Shown one piece after another: positions 38,601 to 48,604 of a stretch of 64,000 nt of DNA. The notes beneath the pieces are model-generated. The model had not been told where the DNA came from and searched no databases. It saw nothing but the letters and a program-made list of their open reading frames with translations. Position numbers and translations under genes: made by a program. Position 1 is the first letter of the stretch; each line of letters opens with the position of its first letter. This DNA is from Phycisphaerales bacterium (GTDB lineage: Bacteria > Planctomycetota > Phycisphaerae > WQYP01), in assembly GCA_027451365.1 (NCBI GenBank), contig DAIDJN010000058.1, positions 64,001-128,000 on the forward strand, written 5' to 3'.

Positions 38601-39055
38601 TCCCGTAACACTTGTGGAATCAGCATGCGGCGCGGGTCGGCCAACGGACCAGTGGCGGGCGTGTTCCGCAATTCTTGCATTTCAACTGCCAGCAGTACGG
38701 CGTTAATCAGTCCGTTGTTCAGCGGTATTTCGCGCTCGCCGGATTCCAGTTCCACCCAGCGTGCGATCTGCCCATAGGCGGGCTTCTTCCAGATCAGGTC
38801 ATGCAGAAATTTCCAATAGCCAAAGCCTATTGCCGCAGGTACCAGTGCCAGCAGAAGCCAGTCCATGACATGGGGAAGGGGAAGGGTGCCGGCCAGAAAA
38901 ACCGCGCCGGCGGCCACAGGGACAACCAGCAGCAGAAATCGCGCCACGCCACCCAGAATATGCGCCAGTCTAAATTGATTGCCTGCGTCTTCCAGTTTGC
39001 CGGCAATGGAGCCAAATTCCGGTGGCCACTGACTGGAGGCATCGATGGTGGTCAT
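35669..39055 (-). CDS. Large membrane-anchored protein (DUF4175-like): 3 TM helices, Ig-like domains, coiled coil, Gly-rich tail
   Basis: DQPPVV...ATDDYGL, ATDN and terminal PSGYRNPVKAYFKKL motifs. Confidence 0.7.
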   Translation of the reverse strand: MTTIDASSQWPPEFGSIAGKLEDAGNQFRLAHILGGVARFLLLVVPVAAGAVFLAGTLPLPHVMDWLLLALVPAAIGFGYWKFLHDLIWKKPAYGQIARWVELESGEREIPLNNGLINAVLLAVEMQELRNTPATGPLADPRRMLIPQVLREINSELSTHNLGDVVPWKRQRGPWMKVGAVMLVATLLFLIFPGSLAHGLAVLAAPGKFIPRQGIARIIDIGPGTETVLAGSPIEFSVKVAVPKDQLLPATLHLHLKSGQTRTLSMVVFGRNNSSYRYLLASAAENLRYMISVGGTQSQWFHITVLPKVALAAYQITVTPPAYTHPAKPNSVTTLTGQNISADSGSLSVPLGSKVQLTATLNHALIGATALLETSHGKVLSTQSTDGRNFSITLIPQKPMKYDWLINDASGKSLQRFPAQSNGGGGHFRLGIIADQPPVVHVLVPHHNVFATLGTKLPIEVRATDDYGLTMVRLRLGINKHNMTTIRRWQIPNAENGLPATSTSIKMLLPIPAARYKTGQVLHYQFTATDNRNISFGQTQLGPQTAAGNMYKIRIQTMATVSPNRGLWERLERRIRRMIAVQQGLIVRANGLTGILSVPQARQIAMVVHTGQSDLEKTMSHTAAHFPFAASMAKIQSALTVLARTDALVATTRADDLCHISDSVAVGFVAKKLHRRQLNVLNGLRAMLALAGTHTQPVDAVVSHQGSNIPNRQREMWKQLALAMKKLEKQQKAVINTTTKLAQKPIAQYDANDKKMLKEAKATEDKWSKFLNQALVNTSNLTEQDQANASLKDDIAQMKIDMAMAKNALKIKAIKIATPLEQEGLENAKKLTSHIEQWLMQTPDTMKWEMEEPVTQNDVPAPPLPSQLTDMVGKLLEHEEDMTNNMESLGSKWNDSMNKGVGWGAMDGPISDMSAQGVTGNQMPKNDEIQGRSGAGREGRASGEMVGATDTRKSGRRTPTRLTGDQFDSGQVKDTSGRPPGGATGGGKMAGYSGEGLEGPAPLGMQKDIKRMAGLQAQLLNQTDRLRLTMRAAGFNNFKLIESAVLMQDAQKAMKAYRYKTALLYQKMAVQSLATAKLLTGAQARLVTDNTQSQKLKRKVSDSMIGTLPSGYRNPVKAYFKKLSQAGQ

Positions 39056-39372
39056 AATTCATACCCCGTTGAAGCGAACGTAGGGTCATTTAGCCGGGCC
39101 GCATCGCCGGACTCGATCATTATAACGACAAATGGAGGTAAATGTTGCTATTTCTTCATTTTCAAAATCATGTTATCGGAACATGTTTGGCGGTCATTTA
39201 TTGATGGGCTGGCGGCATACATGAACCCTGTTTCAATCCGTCGGATCAGGTAGTTTTGGTGGCCGTCATCCCAATTCCGGTGAAAAAATAGATCGGTCTG
39301 GCTACCCACTGCCCCTAATCACGTTGTACGGACGCCGGGTTGGCGTTCGGTACACCAATAAAGCCTTCTTCG

Positions 39373-42300
39373 TCAGTTCGTCCGGCTACTGGTTTCCGTG
39401 CCAGCCGCCGCGTCCGGAGCACTGGTGTTCAATCGTGTGTCATCCGACAGCATTCGCTGGAAGTCATCGGCGGGTACAGGGCGGCTGAAGTAATAGCCCT
39501 GAATCGAATGGCAGCCCAGCAGTTTTAGAAGTGTAATCTGTTCCATTTTCTCGACGCCTTCGGCCACTGTGCGAAGCTGCAAATTGTCCGCAAGGTCCAC
39601 AATGGTGTCCACCACAGCAAGGTCCTTGGGGTCGTCAATCATGTCGCGTACGAACGAGCGGTCAATTTTCAGCGTGTCAATGGGGAATCGTGTCAGGTAA
39701 CTTAGGCTGGAATAGCCGGTGCCAAAATCATCCAGCGAAAAGCGAATGCCCAGATTCTTAATTTCAATCATTCTGGCCCGCAACGTTTCGGTTTGTGCCA
39801 TCAATGTGCTTTCCGTAATTTCCAGTTCAAGAAGCGCCGGATTCAGGCCCGTTTCACGCAATACGCGCCGGACGGTATGTGCCAGGGTTACTTCACGGCA
39901 CTGCAGCGGAGAAAGATTGACTGATACCGGAACAACTGGCACGCCATCGCGTTGCCAGGCGCGCGTCTGCCGGCAGGCCTCCTCCAGAATCCAGGTGCCC
40001 AGCGGCAGAATTATTCCTTTTTCTTCCGCCAAAGCAATGAATTTGGTCGGGGGAACCAGCCCCCGCTGCGGATGCAGCCACCGTACCAGCGCCTCTGCTC
40101 CGATAATTTTTCCTGTCTGCAGGTCCACCTGAGGCTGATAATGCAAAAGGAACTGATTGCCCTTTAAAGCCTCACGCAGGTCGTTTTCCATGCGGACATA
40201 TTCCAGAGCCGCTGCGTGCATTTCCGGCGTGTGGAACGCGGCATGGTTGCGGCCTTCTTTTTTAACCTGATAAAGCGCCTCATCGGCGGTACGCATCAAC
40301 ACGCCGGAATCCTTTCCATCGCGCGGATATACGCTCATGCCAATGCTGCATGTAATGTGAAATGTATGGCCGGATATGATAAAGGGTACCGCCATGCTTT
40401 CTATTATTTTCGCCGCCACATATGCAACGTCCTGAGTGGTTTTCGGATCGCTTATCAGCACAATGAATTCATCGCCGCCAAGGCGTGCCACGGTGTCCTC
40501 GGACCGCAAAGCCGAGCGTATGCGCATGGCCGCGCCCTGCAGCAGTTCGTCGCCGAATTCATGGCCCAGAGTGTCGTTGACGGTTTTGAAATTATCCAGG
40601 TCAATAAAAATAACGCCCAGCATCGCGTTATGTCGATGCGCCTGCCGGATCGCCTGCTCCAGTCGGTCTATCAGAAGGGTGCGATTGGGCAGCCCGGTCA
40701 GCGAGTCGTGATAGGCCAGATAATGAATCCGCTCTTCCGCGGCTTTGCGCTCGGAAATATCCCGGAAAATCGCCAGCATCAGGCATTTACCCTGCAATTC
40801 CACCCGCGATTCCACAATATCCATCGGAAAAGTCCGCTGGTCCCGACGCATGGCCGTGGACGTGGAATCAATCCGTTCGCCGGTTTGCACCAGCCGGTCG
40901 TAGCGGGCCTTCACTTCCGCTTGAACCTCCGGCGGAAATAACTCGCTTCCGTGCATTCCCAATAGAGCATCGCGCGAATAGCCGAATTGTTCCACCGCGC
41001 GGCGGTTAACCTCCACAATTTTTCCGCTTTCCTCCATTAGAATAATTGCGTCGCCGGCGCCTTCCATCACCAGATGGTAGCGTTGCTCGGAATCCCGCAG
41101 GGCCTGCTCCGCGGCGCGCCGCAGATTTTCCCGATCAAGATCATCCAGCGCAAAGGAAATGCTGTTGGCAATTTCTGTCAGGAGAGTCCGGAATTGATCG
41201 TCAAAGGCGTCCTTGCGGGCACTGTATATGACCAGCGCGCCTACCGCCGTGCCGCGCCGCCGAACCGGAAATGCCGCGACCGCACGCAGGGAGAAAAATT
41301 CCAGACGCCCCAAAATGGATGGATTGTTGGATGATGCAAACAGATCATTAATAATAATCGGTTCGCCCGTTGCCACCGCTTCCAGCACCGGCAGGCTGTT
41401 GCCGGCCGAAAGGCGATCCTGAATTAAATTTGATTCAAGGATGTTTTCTTCGTCCACATGCGGAGCCGAAGCGCCACTGGTGGTCAATCCGGTCAGAAAG
41501 CCGACTGCTTTGCCGGCGCTTGCCGCCGTGCGCGGCATGTCGACCAGCTTGTCCTGAAAACCGATGAAAGCCAACTCGAAACGCCCCGCCTTCACCGTAT
41601 TTTCGCATATTTCCGTCAGCAGCGTATCCTGTGCGCGGCGCTGTGCGATAAGCGAATTAATCTGACTTAACGCCGCATACATATCCTTGACATAGCGCAG
41701 CCGCTTTTCTGTACTTAGCCGTTCCAGAATCGCTCCTGTAAGCGACCGGTACATTGCCACAAACAGAAATGCGGTTAACGCGGTGACAATCAGAATGATG
41801 CCCAGTTTATAAAACAGTTCCAGGCGCAGCGAATCAATGCGATCCTTGAATTGCTGCACCATGCTGGTAATACACCGGACCGCCAGCGTGGATGCCGCGT
41901 TGGACATGGCGTTGGCGTCTTTCATCAGGCGGGCTTGCTGTATGGCCCGAAACCGTGACGCAGGCGGTGGAACCTCCAGCATCCGAAGGATTGCGTTGGA
42001 AGATATTTGGATATTCTGAAGCGGCCGGGCGAAGTCATTGGTGAGCTTTGGTTGATCCGTAAATGTCTTGCCCGCGTCCTGCACGATTGCCGCTACGCTG
42101 CTCCAGCGAATTTGAGATGCAAGCTGCATCGCCTGCTGATAGTTTTCACGCCAGCCGGCATTTGCGGTGGATGGGTCGGAGAAGAGTTCACGCAATCGTG
42201 CCAGCCGGTGCAACAGTGTCGGCAAATCTATCCGCATAAGTTCAATTTCACTGCGCGTCGCCTGGTGTCGGTCCTGACTTAGGTGTGCATAATAGGACGC

Positions 42301-42774
42301 CTGCACCAGCAAATCCCATAGTCCCGTCCTAATGTGGGCATATGCGATTGCCGCATCGCGGGCATTTAACCCCGGTTCGCGGGCCAGCAACTCGTTCCAG
42401 TTCCGTTGTACCGTCGGCCAGAATGAATGAACATCCAGCGAACGACCCACGGTCTCATTAACCTTATTAAACTCCTTCATTTTCAGGTTAATTTTGTCGG
42501 TCAGAATCAGGAGTTTTGTGGCCGCGGCTGAATTTCCCGCAGCGGCTGACTTGTACAATAGATAGTGCCGTTCCACGAGGTTCAATAATGGAATTAAGGG
42601 CCTGGCGAAAACCGCCCAACGATGTTCCTGCGTGGCAACCTCAATACGTTGTGTCTGAGATTCAAAGAATCCAAATAGCGGTACGGCAATCGCCATCAGG
42701 ATGGCGCAGCCCACCAAAATGAATTTTGTGGGGTGCGCCAGCCTTCGCATAAAGGCTGTCAGCGGGTCTCGCAT
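39373..42774 (-). CDS. Membrane sensor-GAF-PAS-GGDEF-EAL diguanylate cyclase/phosphodiesterase
   Basis: Two TM helices flanking a helical sensor; DSLTGLPNR, RSED I-site, GGDEF; EAL, ELEITES, DDFGTGYSSL, KIDRSF, EGVE and QGY. Confidence 0.93.
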   Translation of the reverse strand: MRDPLTAFMRRLAHPTKFILVGCAILMAIAVPLFGFFESQTQRIEVATQEHRWAVFARPLIPLLNLVERHYLLYKSAAAGNSAAATKLLILTDKINLKMKEFNKVNETVGRSLDVHSFWPTVQRNWNELLAREPGLNARDAAIAYAHIRTGLWDLLVQASYYAHLSQDRHQATRSEIELMRIDLPTLLHRLARLRELFSDPSTANAGWRENYQQAMQLASQIRWSSVAAIVQDAGKTFTDQPKLTNDFARPLQNIQISSNAILRMLEVPPPASRFRAIQQARLMKDANAMSNAASTLAVRCITSMVQQFKDRIDSLRLELFYKLGIILIVTALTAFLFVAMYRSLTGAILERLSTEKRLRYVKDMYAALSQINSLIAQRRAQDTLLTEICENTVKAGRFELAFIGFQDKLVDMPRTAASAGKAVGFLTGLTTSGASAPHVDEENILESNLIQDRLSAGNSLPVLEAVATGEPIIINDLFASSNNPSILGRLEFFSLRAVAAFPVRRRGTAVGALVIYSARKDAFDDQFRTLLTEIANSISFALDDLDRENLRRAAEQALRDSEQRYHLVMEGAGDAIILMEESGKIVEVNRRAVEQFGYSRDALLGMHGSELFPPEVQAEVKARYDRLVQTGERIDSTSTAMRRDQRTFPMDIVESRVELQGKCLMLAIFRDISERKAAEERIHYLAYHDSLTGLPNRTLLIDRLEQAIRQAHRHNAMLGVIFIDLDNFKTVNDTLGHEFGDELLQGAAMRIRSALRSEDTVARLGGDEFIVLISDPKTTQDVAYVAAKIIESMAVPFIISGHTFHITCSIGMSVYPRDGKDSGVLMRTADEALYQVKKEGRNHAAFHTPEMHAAALEYVRMENDLREALKGNQFLLHYQPQVDLQTGKIIGAEALVRWLHPQRGLVPPTKFIALAEEKGIILPLGTWILEEACRQTRAWQRDGVPVVPVSVNLSPLQCREVTLAHTVRRVLRETGLNPALLELEITESTLMAQTETLRARMIEIKNLGIRFSLDDFGTGYSSLSYLTRFPIDTLKIDRSFVRDMIDDPKDLAVVDTIVDLADNLQLRTVAEGVEKMEQITLLKLLGCHSIQGYYFSRPVPADDFQRMLSDDTRLNTSAPDAAAGTETSSRTN

Positions 42775-43329
42775 TCGTCAACCATCCTTAATTAACCATG
42801 TTATCGGCATTTGTGACCGATTAACATAAAATTTGCGAAAAAGCGAAAATTCCCTTTTTCTATCGCGATTATACCGCAGCGAAGATATCTTTTTAGTATC
42901 TGCACATTTTTTTAATGGCGAATATTTCCTGGTGTTCCAGTCGCTTCACGGACCGATCACTTCCTGTGCCCTGGCCGTAAATCCGGTCCACGCTCGCGTC
43001 CAGCAAGTCTTGGTAATGTAACGTGCGACAACCGGCTAATTCTGTGACCGCTTCAAAGATTGCATTCGTCGGCGAGAATTGTCATAATGCATTCTGATGA
43101 GTCCCCGCAGGGGAAAAGAATCGGAGGTGTTCCGACATGCAGGGGTAGGCTTTCAAGCCATACCAGAAAACCGCGACGCTGGCGTCCAATACAATTTTTC
43201 ATAGCTCAAACTGCTATTTTTGCTTTTATCTTTCATTTCGAGCGGAAAAAAAATTGGGTTGCTGTATCGCGGTTTTTTTACGCGCACCGCCAGCATCAGA
43301 ACTCCACCAAGGCGAGCCAATAAGGTGTG

Positions 43330-43361
43330 AAAAAAAATGGGTTCCATTTCTGGAACCCATT
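43330..43361 (-). terminator. Intrinsic terminator of rplM-rpsI
   Basis: AATGGGTTCCA-TTTC-TGGAACCCATT perfect stem adjoining an A-run (T-run on the minus strand). Confidence 0.75.
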
Positions 43362-43450
43362 GTCAGTCGAAAATAAACATTGAAGCGGGCCTTTTCCGCC
43401 ATAATTGAATCGCCGGCGGCAATAGCCAGCCAAGGGCCGCGATAACTGTA

Positions 43451-43924
43451 TCAACGTTTGCTGAACTGGAAGGCCCTACGTGCACCGCGCAGACCATACT
43501 TTTTACGTTCCTTCATGCGGCTGTCGCGTGTAAGGAACCCGGAATCCTGAAGCGGCTTGTGAAGGGTTGCGTCAAAAAGTGTCAGTGCCCGGCCCAAACC
43601 CTGAACAATCGCGCCGGCCTGGCCGGAATAGCCGCCGCCCTGAACATTCACAAAAATATCCAGTTTGTCAGTTGCGTTTGCTGTCGCAAGGGGGGCCATT
43701 ACCGCGGAGCGGTCCTTGGCTTCACGAAAGAATTCATCCAGTTTGCGGTCGTTTACCAAAAAAGCGCCCTGTCCGGCAACGATTCTTACCCGTGCCACGG
43801 AACTCTTCCGGCGACCGGTCCCCAGAAAAAAGGTTTTGCCAGCGACCACCACGGTATGTCTGGCGCGGCGAGCTTCAGCTTCAATTGCAAATGCGGATTC
43901 TGGTTTTGGGGATGTTTCCGTCAT
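43451..43924 (-). CDS. rpsI: 30S ribosomal protein S9
   Basis: GTGRRKSSVARV, GGGYSGQAGA and KERKKYGLRGARRAFQFSKR; start uncertain. Confidence 0.96.
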   Translation of the reverse strand: MTETSPKPESAFAIEAEARRARHTVVVAGKTFFLGTGRRKSSVARVRIVAGQGAFLVNDRKLDEFFREAKDRSAVMAPLATANATDKLDIFVNVQGGGYSGQAGAIVQGLGRALTLFDATLHKPLQDSGFLTRDSRMKERKKYGLRGARRAFQFSKR

Positions 43925-44031
43925 GGTTTTAACCTTTTTCTTATCGGCCCATTGGCCAAAACGAACTTCCAATTTTAAATTATTCCCGAACTGTCGGCAG
44001 TCCGGATTCTTTCAGCCTGTCCTGTCATGTA

Positions 44032-44532
44032 TTAAAGTTTCAGGGTCAGGGCTTCCGGCTTCTGTGCTACATGCGGATGGTCGGCATCTTTGTAGCATTT
44101 AAGCTTGCGAAGCATCTGGCCGCCCATAGTGGTTTTTGGAAGCATCCGACGTACCGCCATCCGGAACATTGTGTTTGGATGCTTTTGCGTCATTTCCAGC
44201 ATGGTTTTGACGCGGCGCCCGCTTGTATAATAGGTGTAATAGTCGTATTCGCGTTGGACGAGCTTGCGACCGCTCACTTTAATTTTGCTGGTGTTGATGA
44301 CGACGATAAAATCGCCCACATCCACGGTTGGAGTATAAGTCGCTTTATGTTTCCCCATAAGCCGGGTCGCAATGGCGCTGGCCAGGCGGCCGAGTGTCTG
44401 GTCCGCGGCATCCACCACAAACCAGCGATTATCCGTATGGCCTACGCGAGCCAGCGTGGTGGTACCGGTTGTGGTTCTAATCCGCACGCTGGGGCGGGTG
44501 GACTTGGGTTTAGCTGTGGCAACAGTGCTCAT
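44032..44532 (-). CDS. rplM: 50S ribosomal protein L13
   Basis: WFVVDA..QTLGRLAS, GKHKATYTP.VDVGDFIVVIN and AVRRMLPK. Confidence 0.96.
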   Translation of the reverse strand: MSTVATAKPKSTRPSVRIRTTTGTTTLARVGHTDNRWFVVDAADQTLGRLASAIATRLMGKHKATYTPTVDVGDFIVVINTSKIKVSGRKLVQREYDYYTYYTSGRRVKTMLEMTQKHPNTMFRMAVRRMLPKTTMGGQMLRKLKCYKDADHPHVAQKPEALTLKL

Positions 44533-44776
44533 AGTATTGTTTCGCTCTTTAACGTACGCTTGTATCAACATTCCGCCAGCCCTTGCCCCGCAGGTTCGGT
44601 ACCTTTCCGGTTGCCGTCCATTAAGGTGAAGGGCTATTTCCAGCCAATCTGGAAAACTCTTCAATATACGAATTTTTGAAAATTTGTCAATGGCTGCCGA
44701 AGTCGTTTTTCGGGCATTTCGCCAGCGGGCCGGTCTGGGCACACGCCTGCCTGGCCAGGTCCCCGCCTTTATCTGG

Positions 44777-45565
44777 TTATGACCCGGTTTTCAGTGCCAT
44801 TCCGCCGGTTGCCGAATGTTTCAGCCAAGCTCGCCAAGGTCCGGGATGTTGGGGGAGGCTTTGGCCAGTGAGCCGGTGCAGAGAATCCCAAGCCGCCTGC
44901 ACTACCGCCACATTGCGGTTGTCCAAGGCTTCAATTAACGAACGCAACACCGGTTGGGCGTGATACAGTCCTAGGGCCTGCGCACAATACACGCGCACCT
45001 GAATGTCGCTGTCGGCGGCCAGACGGTCGCGCAGGGGGGCCACCGCCAAGGGATTTATCACATGAGTCAGCCCCATAGCCGCACACATGCGGACAAAGCT
45101 GGAAGGATCAGAAAGTCCGGTAATAAGCGTCGGCGCGACCGATGGATCGCCCGATGTTCCCAAAGCCATCAGCGCCTGACCGCGAACCATAGGATTAGGC
45201 GCAGTGGCCGCCAGTTGATACGCTTTCATATAAGCTTTGTCGTGGCCAAATTTCTGGGTGGAAATATACGCAATCGCCGCCCGCTGTGCATCCGGATCAT
45301 CGGAGTTAAACATTTGAGCGGCTTCATAGGTTAACGGCTTTTTGCCGTGGCCGGTTATTTTATCCAGCCAGCTTTGCATGGTGCCATTAAAACCTGTTGA
45401 TTTGCCATTGTCTGAATCTGAACTGCATCCCGCGGAAAAGCCGGCCACCACAAGGCCCAGCAACGCACAACGGATAATGCCGCCGGGGCGCAGGACTAAT
45501 TTCTTGTGCCCGGCGGCGCATTTGCGGCCGATGGTTGTGTTGTTGTGCTCGCCGGGATGTATCAT
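44777..45565 (-). CDS. HEAT-repeat lipoprotein
   Basis: Lipobox-like SAGC; repeated L.D....VR..A..ALG motifs. Confidence 0.75.
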   Translation of the reverse strand: MIHPGEHNNTTIGRKCAAGHKKLVLRPGGIIRCALLGLVVAGFSAGCSSDSDNGKSTGFNGTMQSWLDKITGHGKKPLTYEAAQMFNSDDPDAQRAAIAYISTQKFGHDKAYMKAYQLAATAPNPMVRGQALMALGTSGDPSVAPTLITGLSDPSSFVRMCAAMGLTHVINPLAVAPLRDRLAADSDIQVRVYCAQALGLYHAQPVLRSLIEALDNRNVAVVQAAWDSLHRLTGQSLPQHPGPWRAWLKHSATGGMALKTGS

Positions 45566-46464
45566 GATTGTCTTTCCATTTCCGGGTGTTCCGGATGTTC
45601 AAGGAGTTCCGGATCCACCCATATGGGGCTGCCGATTGCGCCACCTAGAAAACGGTTGGCCAGGCTTTCAAACCGTTGGCCCTGATCCGTCACGTAACAG
45701 GTCAGCGAACCTGACTGAATTACCGTTCCCGCGGCCGTTTCGGCCGCAGCCATTGTAGCCAGTCGCCGCTTAACTACCAAGGCCGTTTGATCAGCGGAAT
45801 CAATTAATTCGGTGTTGCTTCCCATGAATGCGGCCACCGCGTCTTCCAATATCGGATAATGGGTACAGCCCAATATTAAGGCCTGCGGGCGAAGGGCCTT
45901 TAGCGGTGCAAGGTAATCTTCCAGAACGGCCTTCACAATCAGGCTGTTCGCCGCCCGGCCTTCTTCAATCAGTGGCACCAGCAGCGGGCAGGCACGGCCA
46001 GCCACATGTATTCCGCGGTCCAGCCGGGCTATGGCCTGGGTATAGGCTTGGCTGGCAATTGTGGCTTCAGTTGCAATCAGACCGATGGCGCAATCCCCGG
46101 TTGGATGGTTGCGCCGTGCGGCTGCCACTGCCGCGTAGGCTCCGGGTTCAAGAACGCCAATCACCGGAACCGGAAAACATTCCGGTAGTGTGGCCATGGC
46201 GGTGGCGCTGACAGTATTGCACGCAACCACCAGCGCCTTGGGGCGAAACTGCATCAGAAATTGCAGGCATTGCCGGGCAAACAGCAGCACGGTTCGCGGA
46301 GATTTTGTTCCATAGGGCAGCCTCGCCGTGTCGCCAAAGTAAATGATGGATTCCTGAGGCAAATGCCGCCTAAGCGCCCGCACCACGGTAAGCCCGCCAA
46401 GGCCGGAATCAAATACGCCAATCGGGGCCAGGAAATCTGTTGGGCGGTCTTGGGGCATTGGCAT
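45562..46464 (-). CDS. murI: Glutamate racemase
   Basis: IGVFDSGLGGLTV, PYGTKS, ACNT and LGCTHYP. Confidence 0.96.
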   Translation of the reverse strand: MPMPQDRPTDFLAPIGVFDSGLGGLTVVRALRRHLPQESIIYFGDTARLPYGTKSPRTVLLFARQCLQFLMQFRPKALVVACNTVSATAMATLPECFPVPVIGVLEPGAYAAVAAARRNHPTGDCAIGLIATEATIASQAYTQAIARLDRGIHVAGRACPLLVPLIEEGRAANSLIVKAVLEDYLAPLKALRPQALILGCTHYPILEDAVAAFMGSNTELIDSADQTALVVKRRLATMAAAETAAGTVIQSGSLTCYVTDQGQRFESLANRFLGGAIGSPIWVDPELLEHPEHPEMERQS

Positions 46465-46661
46465 CCTGCGGTTGGAGTTCAGGTGACCGTTGGGCCGGCT
46501 TTAGCATGACCGGCGCAGCCACAATGGCCCGCATATTATCCGCCAGGCCCGATGCGTGAAAGCGATCGTTGACGGACTTTGAATTTTTTGGAAGCTGAAA
46601 GCCGCGATGAATCAGGCCGGGTGATAGCGAAATTTCCCCTGCCGTGTAAAATACCGGGTCT

Positions 46662-47825
46662 ATGGCAACGTTAACCTATCGTACCGCTGGTGAATCCCAT
46701 GGACCTGCCCTGATCAGCATTATTGAAGGGCTGCCGGCCGGCATGCCATTGGATGTTGATTTTATTAACAGCGAACTGCGCCGCCGGCAGGGGGGCTATG
46801 GCCGTGGCGGACGCCAGCGCATTGAAACAGACACGGTGACTTTTCTTTCCGGCGTGCGGCGGTCCAAGGCAATTGGTTCGCCGCTGGTGGTGCAAATTGC
46901 CAATAAGGACAGCCGCCTGGATGAAACCCCCGCGCTGGTCAAACCGCGTCCCGGTCATGCCGACCTGGCCGGCGCCACCAAATGGCTGACCACCGATTGT
47001 CGCGAAACACTGGAACGCGCCAGTGCGCGGGAAACAGCCAACCGGGTTGCCGTCGGGGCCATTGCCCGCTGCCTGCTGAATCAATTTCAAATTGATGTGG
47101 TTGGCTTTGTGGTGCGGATAGCCGGCGTTACCGCGGACGTTGCGGAAAACAGCAGCCCGCAAGACCTTCGCCAGGCGGCTCTGGAAAGTGAAGTGTACTG
47201 CCCGGATTCCGCCGCGTCGGCCCGTATGATTGAAGCCATAAAAAACGCTAAAATTGAAGGCGACACCCTTGGCGGAATTGTAGAAACCCGTGTGTACGGC
47301 TGCCCGATTGGCCTGGGCAGTTGTACCCACTGGGACTGGAAACTGGACAGCCGCATTGCCGCGGAAGTCATGGGTATTCAGGCCATCAAGGGTGTGGAAA
47401 TCGGCATGGGGTTCCGCACGGCCGAACTGCCCGGTTCGCAGGTGCATGATCCTATTCTTTTTGATTCCGCGTTGCGGGCCACCCCGTGCCTTGGTTTCAC
47501 GCGGCCCACCAACAATGCCGGCGGCCTGGAAGGCGGCATGACCAACGGCCAGCCCGTGGTGGTGCGAGCCGCCATGAAACCGATCAGCACGCTGCTGAAA
47601 AAAGTAATGCCCAGTGTGAATCTGAACACCAGGGAAGCGGGCAAAGCCGATTACGAACGTTCAGATGTATGCGCCGTTTCCGCCGCCGGGGTGGTGGTTG
47701 AAAATGTGGTAGCTTTTGAAATTGCCCGTGCGATGGTGGAAAAATTCGGTGGCGATTCATTGACCGAAATGCGCAACAACTACGACAACTTCCTCGCCGC
47801 CGCCCGCAAGCTCGGCGCGCCGTGA
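46662..47825 (+). CDS. aroC: Chorismate synthase
   Basis: TAGESHG, RPGHAD, ERASARET, GGLEGGMTNG, MKPISTL and ERSD. Confidence 0.97.
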   Translation: MATLTYRTAGESHGPALISIIEGLPAGMPLDVDFINSELRRRQGGYGRGGRQRIETDTVTFLSGVRRSKAIGSPLVVQIANKDSRLDETPALVKPRPGHADLAGATKWLTTDCRETLERASARETANRVAVGAIARCLLNQFQIDVVGFVVRIAGVTADVAENSSPQDLRQAALESEVYCPDSAASARMIEAIKNAKIEGDTLGGIVETRVYGCPIGLGSCTHWDWKLDSRIAAEVMGIQAIKGVEIGMGFRTAELPGSQVHDPILFDSALRATPCLGFTRPTNNAGGLEGGMTNGQPVVVRAAMKPISTLLKKVMPSVNLNTREAGKADYERSDVCAVSAAGVVVENVVAFEIARAMVEKFGGDSLTEMRNNYDNFLAAARKLGAP

Positions 47826-47893
47826 CCAGAGCAAGGGCGGGGGGGAAGGTGTTGGAGATTGGGTGCGGGTGGGAAACGAGAATTTTGTGCGCG

Positions 47894-48604
47894 TCAATCG
47901 CGCGAAAAACCAGCCCGTTTGCGATGGCTCGCCAGAAACGCCAAGGCTGGGCTAAAATCACGCGGCGGACGAAATTGCGTCTGGCCTGCAAGTATTGATG
48001 ATATCAGCGTGCTTTTTGCGGGTCGGCGCAAAATATTAAATCGATTATCCATCGCAAAATATCCATATTCAAACAGCGGATCGTGCACGCGACACATGCA
48101 GATGACATTGTGCAGATTCGCCCTGTTGGGAACATCGTCCGCCCATCTGGAAATATGGGCGGCTACCAGCATCCCCTCATCGCTTATGTCGCAAAACGCG
48201 CAGGAGTTTTCATAGTATTCCAGAGTCATTTCGCGAATCTTTTCCTGGCCCCGACGCTGGCGCTTAAGCTGCAGAACGTCGCTTGCGGCTATATCAGGCA
48301 TGGCGAGTTTGCCGTGCTCAATCGCCAACCGGAGGGCATTGTCCGGCAGGTCTTCGGCAGCAACATCAACTGGAGAATCCAAAAGCAAATATTGTCCCCG
48401 TTGCAGGAATTCAAGCACGTGCTGGTCGCGTAATTCCTGGAGTACGCGGCTGAAAGTTTGCTCTGGCGTTGCACCGCCGCCGTGACTGTCCGCAATAATT
48501 TGCCGCATCTCCCCTCGCCATAGTTCCTTGCGATAGAAAATACGACTTTTGTTTCGCAGGCAATATCGCCGCAGTGCTTGAAGAACCGCGCGCTTCCAGG
48601 TCAT
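47894..48604 (-). CDS. Winged-helix + HNH endonuclease, putative type IV restriction enzyme
   Basis: N-terminal TPEQTFSRVLQELRDQHVLEFLQRGQY (DpnI-wH-like); C-terminal RRGQ..R, CAFC, AAHI..W, NVICMCRVHDPLFE.G (HNH_2-like). Confidence 0.75.
   Translation of the reverse strand: MTWKRAVLQALRRYCLRNKSRIFYRKELWRGEMRQIIADSHGGGATPEQTFSRVLQELRDQHVLEFLQRGQYLLLDSPVDVAAEDLPDNALRLAIEHGKLAMPDIAASDVLQLKRQRRGQEKIREMTLEYYENSCAFCDISDEGMLVAAHISRWADDVPNRANLHNVICMCRVHDPLFEYGYFAMDNRFNILRRPAKSTLISSILAGQTQFRPPRDFSPALAFLASHRKRAGFSRD

Noticed and set aside
44533..44742. Long N-terminal extension of L13 as given by the ORF track
   Set aside because: An upstream in-frame alternative start; homology and spacing favour the ATG at 44532.
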